A DNA stretch of 64,000 nt. It comes from Podarcis muralis. Its lineage: Eukaryota. This document shows positions 56,081-64,000 of this stretch, piece by piece. The stretch covers positions 1,240,001-1,304,000 of the forward strand of contig NC_135670.1 in NCBI RefSeq assembly GCF_964188315.1, in the 5' to 3' direction. The translations under genes were made by a program, and so were the position numbers. How positions within the stretch are numbered: the first letter of the stretch is position 1; every line of letters starts with the position of its first letter. The notes under the pieces are model-generated. The model ran no database searches, was not told the DNA's origin, and saw only the letters and a list, made by a program, of their open reading frames with translations.

Positions 56081-59000
56081 GTGATCTGTATACAGCGCAG
56101 TCATATGGGTTGAGGTTTCTCATAAAGTAGAGGAATGCACAGGAAAGGGAAGTTGATGGAGAGGCGGGCAGGGAGTGGAACCGGTCATGTTGTGCCAGGG
56201 AGGAGTGCGGAGAAAAGCCCACACAGCTCTTTGGGTGCCAGAGGTCCACTAAGCCCCATAGAAACCCCAGGGGTGAGCCCACTCTTTGCTGCTGGCTGTT
56301 GTGTTCCTTTAGTGTGTGCAGTCAGGAATGGCTGTACAATTAGGCAGAATGAGGCAGTTGCCTCAAGTAGTAGGTGTTGGGGTGGGTAGAGATGTGTAGA
56401 CCAGGGGGCAGCAAACTTTTTTGGCAGGGGGCCGGTCCACTGTCCCTCAGACCTTGTGGGGGGTCTTGAATTATTATTTTTTTTAAAAAAAATGAACGAA
56501 TATTTTGAAAAATAATAGTGAACGAATTCCGATGCACACTGCATAGAATTAATCCGTTCCAGACTTTTAAAAACAAACCCTAAAACAATTTAACACGTTT
56601 TTGCAATTTAACATGAATTTTCCTATCTAACGAGACCATTGAGCCGTAAAATGAAAGCAATAAACAATGTACTGTACTGCAAAATAAATAAGGCAGTATT
56701 GTAGATGATAAAAATTAAAATTACGGTAATTTTTTTTCCTTATCTGCACTGATGATAGTCATTGTTTGGATGGGGGGGGGGGTCCTCACCTGGGTTTGGT
56801 GCATAGCTGTCAACTTTTCCCTTTTCTTGCGAGGAATCCTATTCAGAATAAGGGAATTTCCCTTTAAAAAGGGGAAAGTTGACAGCTATGGTCTGGTGCT
56901 GCGTTGTGACCTGCTGGGCCTCCTGCTGCCGGCACCTCTTCCGCGCTTCGGGGGTGGGATGGGGGCCCCCCTGCTGGCAGTGGAGGCCAAATCGCCACTG
57001 CACCGGCGGCAGGACTGTGGGAAGGTCTTTGGAGGCCCTCCCACCTTTCGCAGCCCTCCCACCGGCAGGGATTATCTTGGCGCTGCGTTTCATTGGTAGA
57101 GCTGCTGCAGCATCAGCTCTACCAATGAAACACAGTGCTGGGATGAGGGATGACCCTGTCACTGCGTTGGCTCTACCAGTGAAACACAATGCTGGGGTCA
57201 GCCCTCAGCCCTCATCCCGGCGCTGCGTTTCACCCTCAGACTCTCGGAGGGTCCTTAAATGGCCATGTGGCCAAGATTTACAACCCTGTCTGGCCTGACT
57301 CGGCCCGCGGACCATTGTTTGCTGACCCCTGGTGTAGACCACACAAGCTGCACTGCACCTCCTCAGCTAGTCTGCTGCCCCATCAGCAGCATAGAAATAG
57401 GAGCCAATGGCCAGCCCAGCTCAGCTTGTGTATGTGGAATTGTGTGTATGGAGGGAGCATCTTGTCATTTGCCTGGGGGGGCAGAAAGTAGTATCAAAGG
57501 CTACTGTCTTCTGATCCAGACATTGGTCAGAAAAGTTTCCTCAAGCAGCGAGGCATCTCGGCTTGCTTCTTCCACCTGCTTATCCTCCCAAGTGCCCACT
57601 CCTTGAACAGTTGAGTGTCCCTGGCTGATGGCTGCCACAGCACATGGAAACCCTTTTCCCTGGGGTGGGAATGGTATGTTGACTATTGATGGCTAAAGTA
57701 AAAATTTTCTTTCTTCAAGCATCAGCTTTTCACGAGTTGGTTACTTACTTCAAATCTCCAACGGGTGAAAGATTTTTCATACTTGAGATTTTCATCATTG
57801 CTGCCTTGACACTGCTGATTTATATGCTATGTAAGTACATAATTGGCGTATGCTGATACTACTGTCGTGGGCTTTGCTTCAATGCCAATAGCATTTCCAA
57901 AAAGAGATGGCAGGATCCACCTTCCCTTTACCCCTTTCATCTCTCTTTGATTTCCAGGGGTGAGTTACAGCTGCCACCCAGTGAGAGCAATGGCACTGTT
58001 TTGTTCTCCCTGAAAAAGTGAGTTCCAGCACTTGGAAGAGAGACATAGGCTAACACAAGTCCCTGGGACACCCTGGACAATTCCCTTTCCCGGTTTGCAA
58101 TTTTCTCCTCCTTTCCCAACTAATCCTCATTTGCCGTGGGAGAGCCCCCATTCCTGGTTTCGCCACGCTGCCCTGTAGCGTTCCCAAAGCAAGGAAGGAT
58201 TGGACTCTGATTAATAAAATACACACGAGGCTTGACCAGCAAGACTCTGGGAGGAGTGTGTATAATAATAATAATTCTCCACCCCTCGGCCCAGGTCGTT
58301 TTTACACAGTGTTGGTAAGAACCAATCAGATTTCCTCTGAGCATTTCAAAACCCCCATGTGGGGACAAAGTTAAAAGTTAACTACAAAGAGCTAATTTGA
58401 ACATGTATAGTAATCCAGAGTAAATTATTGCACTTGGGCAAAAAAAAAAAAAAAAAAAGAAAAAAGAAAAAAAAAAGAGAGGCACAAATACAAGATGGGT
58501 GACACCTGGCTTGAGAGCAGTACATGTGAAAAGGATCTAGGAGTCTTGGTTGACCACAAACTTGACATGAGCCAACAGTGTGACGCGGCAGCTAAAAAAG
58601 CCAATGCAATTCTGGGCTGCATCAATAGGAGTATAGCATCTAGATCAAGGGAAGTAATAGTGCCCCTGTATTCTGCTCTGGTCAGACCTCACCTGGAGTA
58701 CTGTGTCCAGTTCTGGGCACCACAGTTCAAGAAGGACACTGACAAACTGGAACGTGTCCAGAGGAGGGCAACCAAAATGGTCAAAGGCCTGGAAACGATG
58801 CCTTATGAGGAACGGCTAAGGGAGCTGGGCATGTTTAGCCTGGAGAAGAGGAGGTTAAGGGGTGATATGATAGCCATGTTCAAATATATAAAAGGATGTC
58901 ATATAGAGGAGGGAGAAAGGTTGTTTTCTGCTGCTCCAGAGAAGCAGACACGGAGCAATGGATCCAAACTACAAGAAAGAAGATTCCACCTAAACATGAG

Positions 59001-61049
59001 GAAGAACTTCCTGACAGTAAGAGCTGTTTGACAGTGGAATTTGCTGCCAAGGAGTGTGGTGGAGTCTCCTTCTTTGGAGGTCTTTAAGCAGAGGCTTGAC
59101 AACCATATGTCAGGAGTGCTCTGATGGTGTTTCCTGCTTGGCAGGGGGTTGGACTCGATGGCCCTTGTGGTCTCTTCCAACTCTATGATTCTATGAAATA
59201 AAAGAGGAAGCAAGGAGGAATGCTTTTCGGAAACCCCAGAGGTCATAAACAGGAGTAAACAGGAGAGGAAGGATAAGGTAGTATTTACCATCTCCTTGTG
59301 AACGATTAACAAACTACATCAAAGCTACCTTCTAGCTTTAGGACCGAGGATGCCAGATGAACAACTGGTCTGTAGTTTAGAATGCTGATATGTGCCTGTC
59401 AGGCAGAGAAATAGGACAGAGACGCAGAGGCGTGGATTGATCAGAAATCATATCAAAATGGCTCAAACCCAGTCAACGCAATGCTTTCATTGCTGACACA
59501 AATGGCTTGCTCCATAATTTTTATAACTCCTCATAGCAAACCCACCTGATCACTACATGGCCTCTGCTAGTGCTCCAGTCCCATGAAGGAAAGTGCTTGG
59601 GGGAAACAGGCTGGGGAGGATAAGGCCATGGCCAATGTGGGTGAGTCCAGAGCCTACCTAAATATCGAGATATATGCTGGGGTTTTTATCAGCTAAAATT
59701 AACCAGGACTCAGTTCTGGCCCCTCTCAGGTGGGTGCCCCTGCCATGTGTTCCGGTGCCTCTTTTTCTAGTAAAATAGCACTGGATAGATGAACACAAGG
59801 CCTATTTGGCTAGATAATTCTTTTTTAAAGGGCACTCCAAAGTAAGCAAAGCGCAGGGGGAGGGAACCAAATGACCAAGAATTTCCATATTTTAAGCATG
59901 AGGCAGCCTGGCAAATGCAAGTCTGTAGGACAAAGAGGGCAGGTGTATCGAGACACCCCAAAATCTAAAGCTTTCTAAGGAAGGCCAACCATCTGGTGAC
60001 AGAAGTAGCAGGCCAAATGGACACAGGACTTCAGACCACCAGGGCAGCTTAAATCAAGGCACTGGAACCCTCAGTCTAAGGGCTGAGAGCAGAAAATATT
60101 AATAGAAGTCATTTTCATGTTTTTGTTGATTTGACTTTTTATTTGTCCTTCTCCATAAGGTCCCGGGGCATGTTTGTTGTACAAGTCGGCAATTTAAATT
60201 CAATATTAATAGCAGTTTGAAACCAAGTATCCCCTCCCCCAGTTTATCAGACTAGCGTGCTAGAACACAATTTCTTCCTTTCTTTTCTACCTACTTCCTT
60301 CTTAGATCAGAAGGAACTGGAAAAAAGACAGGAGTTTCAAATGGCAGTGGATATGATTCGAACCGTTCTGGTTGGCATTGATCCAGTCTATATAGACAAG
60401 GAGGGTAAGCATTTTATATGAACATCCACACTTCTGCTGTAACATGTTTAAATTAAACAGAGTTCAATTCTTGTAGTTCACTTTGGGATTCAAATTGTGT
60501 CAGCAAAACATATATTCAGTGAAACTCATCACCCAACAGAGTTTAGCACTTTTTCATTGCTCAGCAGGAAGAAAAGCAGACAGTCACGATTCTGACATCT
60601 CCCCACTAGAAATGCTGTCCTCCCCCATCAAACTGTAATTCACAGTGTTTGTGCTAGTGCAAGATTTTAGCACTAGCACAAGGGAATGTTTTCCCCACTT
60701 CTCTCTCATGCCATCACCAAAGCTGCTCTCCTGGGGGGAACGGGACTTCAGAACAAATTGGAGGGAAGGGGGCTGAAGATTGCATTGCACAAGGAAAAAT
60801 CCTTGCACTGACATTATGTCCTACTTAGCTCTATGTGGGATGCAACCCAGAATTCAGCAGAAAAAGAGTTTTGGTGCTTCTATTTTCTTAGATCTCACAA
60901 AGCATAACTGAAAACTGCAAAGTATTCTTTGTATATTTGGCTTTCCTGTGGGACTCGAGGCGGGAATTGATTTGTGACCCTGTGATTCCCAGCAGAAAAG
61001 GAGGACATAGGAGGGGAACATTAGAGATACTTCATGAGCCACTTTTAAA

Positions 61050-61096
<47 letters not shown>

Positions 61097-63353
61097 TAGT
61101 AATTTATTATTTATACCCCGCCCATCTGGCTGAGTTTCCCCAGCCACTCTGGGCGGCTCCCAATCAGGTGATAGAAACAGTACAACAGAGTTAAATATTA
61201 AAAACTTCCCTGAACAGGGCTGCCTTCAGATGTCTTTTAAATATAGGATAGCTGGTTATTTCCTTCACATCTGAAGGGACGGTTTTCCACAGGGTGGGCA
61301 CCACTACTGAGAAGACCCTAGAGGGACACGGGTGGCGCTGTGGGTAAAACCTCAGCGCCTAGGACTTGCCGATTACAAGGTCGGCAGTTCGAATCCCCGC
61401 GGCAGGGTGCACTCCCGTCGTTCAGTCCCAGCGCCTGCCCACCTAGCAGTTTGAAAGCACCTCCAGGTGCAAGTAGATAAATAGGTACCACTTTATAGCG
61501 GGAAGGTAAACGGCGTTCCATGTGCTGCGCTGGCTCGCCAGATGCAGTTTGTCACGCTGGCCACGTGACCCGGAAGTGTCTGCGGACCGCGCTGGCTCCC
61601 GGCCTATAGAGTGAGATGAGCGCACAACCCTAGAGTCTGTCAAGACTGGCCTGTACGGGCAGGGGTACCTTTACCTTTTAACCTCACTTCTCGAAGTGAG
61701 GGAACCGCCAGAAGGCCCTCGGTGCTGGATCTCAGTGTCCGGGCTGAACGATGGGGGTGGAGATGCTTCTTCAGGTCTACTGGACCGAGGCCAGTCTTTG
61801 GTCTGATCAAGCTGCAGGATTCTTTTGAGGCTTTTCGTTGGTGATCTCAGCCACAGAGAATCAAGTCTGCCCTCATATTCACAAGAACCCCATCCTGGAG
61901 CTCTGCTTCTTGTTTCAGACTTGAGTGTTTTTAAGTGTTTGGAAATGGTTTCCTGATATTTGCAGATTGTTATTTCAGATACTCCTGCCTTAAAAACTGT
62001 TTCAATTTTTTTTAGACTTAGAAATACTTGCTGCAGCTCAAAACATATCAGAGGAAATGCGGTATTTTGCCAATAAAAATGATGAACTGCAAAAAGATAT
62101 TGGTAAGCTATCCCACGATGCTGAAGAATTGTAGTGCATTGGGAACCTGTCCTGAGTCTGCACCAGCTGAAAGCTCCTCCTCTATCTGAAAACTCTTAGA
62201 GCCACCCTAGGGAAACATCAGAGATATTCAGATCAGCTCTCCTGAACTGTTGAGATTTAGCTTCTATTGCGAGGAAGGACAAGCCTGTCATCAGAAAGAA
62301 GCCCTCATGCCCACTCACACAGTGAATTGACCCCTTGGCCACTGAATACATAATTGGTAAAGCGATTATAAAAATGTCTATAAAGCTTTAGATGTAAAAG
62401 CAAAGAATGGGAATGAATGCCTATCACATCACTTGTACATAGAAGCAAGCGAAAGATGGTCAGCAGCAAAAGACACCTTTTGTGAGAGTTGTATAATGCC
62501 ATTTCCCCTCTTTCACTTTGTCCTTGGGAAATATCATTGCCTTTAAAGACATATGCCAAAACCAGGCCTAAACTGAAAAGGATCCAGAAAATCCTGATTG
62601 AAATGGATCTAGAAAATCAGTTTCCTCCAAGAGCACCTGGATCTGGTCCACAACCACCCGCTCAAGAACCTTGCCCAGGAAGGGGAGATTAGCAACGTCA
62701 GTTACGTTAATTTTCTGAGCCCAGGGAAGATTTCTGAAGGAGTGGTTTTACCACTGCCTCCTTCAGTCTAGGGTTCCCCTTCCTGCCTCCACAGAGAGCC
62801 TAGAGAGAGAAAGAGAATTTTGATAAGCCACAGCTACTTCCCCTCCCCAATCTTCAAGTCTGCCCTGATGTTGTCCTGAGTATCCAGGTGGAAACAAATA
62901 GGTGAGGCCCCTGAGGTTCAGATAAGGCCTGTTAGGGGACGTACATCTTTTCTCTATTCCCTCAAATAAAAGGTGCACTCCCAGCTATGTCCACCCAGGT
63001 ATTTACTGCAGTATCAGCATGGCCTGAAGAGTTAATGTTGTTCTTGTTTTAATCTTCCTGAGCTTCCTAGATATGGTATCACACGGCCACAGAAATGAAC
63101 TTAACAAAAATAATTGAAATCTGCACAGACATACGAGGTGGTTCCCATTAAATTCCCTATTTTTCTCTCTCTGCTTCCTCCATACATGGCTTGACTTAAA
63201 GATATCCTTACTGAAAACTTGAACGATGGCTGGGTTATATATGAAAGGACCTTATATTGGTTTTCTAGTGAGGTAGCCTCATGGATGGATGCCCAAAAAA
63301 ATTGTGAGCGGGAAGGCGCCAACCTCATTTCTGCGGAAACAGTGGAAGAACAG
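55996..63353 (+). CDS. type II C-type lectin receptor (langerin/CLEC4F-like), 5' part; continues beyond window end
   Basis: Exons 55996-56080 (tentative), 57720-57830 (TM), 60306-60404 and 62016-62102 (neck), 63202-63353 (CTLD exon 1) join through phase-1 GT-AG introns with no stop. Confidence 0.75.
56402..57331. mobile_element. hAT (Charlie-like) non-autonomous element, 930 bp
   Basis: TIRs cagggggcagcaaac / gtttgctgacccctg; perfect TSD gtgtagac. Confidence 0.87.
56802..56890. mobile_element. 89-bp MITE nested in the hAT element
   Basis: TIRs catagctgtcaacttt / aaagttgacagctatg; TSD gtttggtg/gtctggtg. Confidence 0.8.
57720..57830 (+). CDS. C-type lectin transmembrane exon
   Basis: ttttctttcttcaag|CA...CTA T|gtaagt; only the phase-1 frame is open: [36 protein letters not shown]. 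Confidence 0.72.
58420..59196 (+). mobile_element. CR1 LINE 3' fragment (copy 3)
   Basis: ORF 58495-59031 nearly identical to copies 1-2, premature CGA>TGA; expanded internal A-tract; ATTCTATG tail. Confidence 0.94.
60306..60404 (+). CDS. C-type lectin neck exon 1
   Basis: Long pyrimidine tract ...ttccttcttag|AT CAG AAG GAA...AAG GAG G|gtaagc; [32 protein letters not shown]. Confidence 0.78.
61050..61790 (-). mobile_element. L2 3' fragment with (AAT)n tail, split by a Sauria SINE
   Basis: Reverse complement of the L2 3' sequence at 33680-34007 on both sides of 61322-61679. Confidence 0.75.
61322..61679 (+). mobile_element. Sauria SINE, full length
   Basis: gggacacgggtggcgctgtggg head, gttcgaatccc B-box, ACCTTT tail. 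Confidence 0.9.
62016..62102 (+). CDS. C-type lectin neck exon 2
   Basis: ttcaattttttttag|AC TTA GAA...GAT ATT G|gtaagc; [28 protein letters not shown] (N-glycan sequon NIS). Confidence 0.78.
63202..63353 (+). CDS. C-type lectin domain exon 1
   Basis: 152 bp, phase 1 to 0; [50 protein letters not shown]|gtgagc fits the CTLD pattern GW..Y...Y.FS....W..A...C...G..L.S....EEQ. Confidence 0.87.
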
Positions 63354-63767
63354 GTGAGCATCAAAGCCGAGTATAGGGAAGGCAGGGGATCTTCTTGAGC
63401 CAATGGGCTCCTATCATTACTATCCATTTATGAAGGTTACATTTACCTGTATGCAGCCAAGATAGCAACTCCATCAGTCAAGCCAAGGGGTGGGTGAGGC
63501 AGGGAGCAGCTGCTACCATCTGGGACTAACTAAGGTTTCTTGGAGCTGCTGAGCTCTAATAGAATGAAGCTGGCATTCAGGAAGGAGGTTTTGAAGGGAG
63601 TGAAGGAGGAGATACTTGAGGGGCATCTATCCCTTGGCTTGCCGGTAAATTCTTCCTCTACTCTGTGAGATGTACTGAGTGCTTAGAAAGAAGGCTTTGC
63701 TCACCACCCTAACCCTCTGGCATGACAGTATCATGGAGATGACTTCAGAGGAGCTTGCAGGGTAGAT

Positions 63768-64000
63768 CCAGTGTGGTGTAGTGGTTAAGAGAGCCAGTGT
63801 GGTGTAGTGGTTAAGAGCGGTAGTCTCGTAATCTGGGGAACTGGGTTCGTGTCTCTGCTCCTCCACAAGCAGCTGCTGGGTGACCTTGGGCCAGTCACAC
63901 TTCTCTGAAGTCTCTCAGCCCCACTCACCTCACAGAGTGTTTGTTGTGGGGGAGGAAGGGAAAGGAGAATGTTAGCCACTTGGAGACTCCTTAAAGGGAG
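63768..64000 (+). mobile_element. Squam3-type SINE with duplicated 5' head (runs off window)
   Basis: ccagtgtggtgtagtggttaagag at 63768 and 63794, then the body seen at 25892. Confidence 0.85.

Noticed and set aside
62549-62692. Coding-looking segment after an AG ([24 protein letters not shown]...)
   Set aside because: Open only in phase 0 and ends in a stop; incompatible with the phase-1 neck exons, which already join 62102 to 63202 cleanly.
1-64000. CRISPR arrays, operons or prokaryotic/viral defence systems
   Set aside because: No regularly spaced repeat-spacer structure; all content is vertebrate intron-exon genes and transposable elements.

Overview
Squamate reptile genomic DNA (lizard; probably lacertid, inferred from the SINE repertoire). 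No prokaryotic features or CRISPR arrays. The window holds a cluster of four vomeronasal type-2 receptor (V2R, class C GPCR) genes. Gene A (-, exons 1-3, runs off the window start) and genes B and C (+) have open frames. Genes B and C are complete, with 6 exons each. Gene D (-, 6 exons) has its homologous start codon changed to ATA, a Gypsy element in intron 4 and an assembly gap in intron 2. From about 56 kb there is a type II C-type lectin receptor gene (langerin/CLEC4F-like). It is invisible in the ORF track because every exon is under 60 codons, and it runs off the window end. The rest is dense, often nested transposable elements: a full-length BovB LINE inside a 1.1-kb L1-like element that carries an inverted U2 snRNA fragment at its 5' junction; a 6.2-kb chromovirus-type Ty3/Gypsy element with intact pol, a -1 frameshift signal and an unusual integrase tail; a solo LTR; three near-identical CR1 3' fragments; L2 and L1 remnants; Sauria and Squam3-type SINEs; and many hAT and Tc1/mariner-pogo MITEs. 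All splice models and alignments were read by eye and need confirmation.
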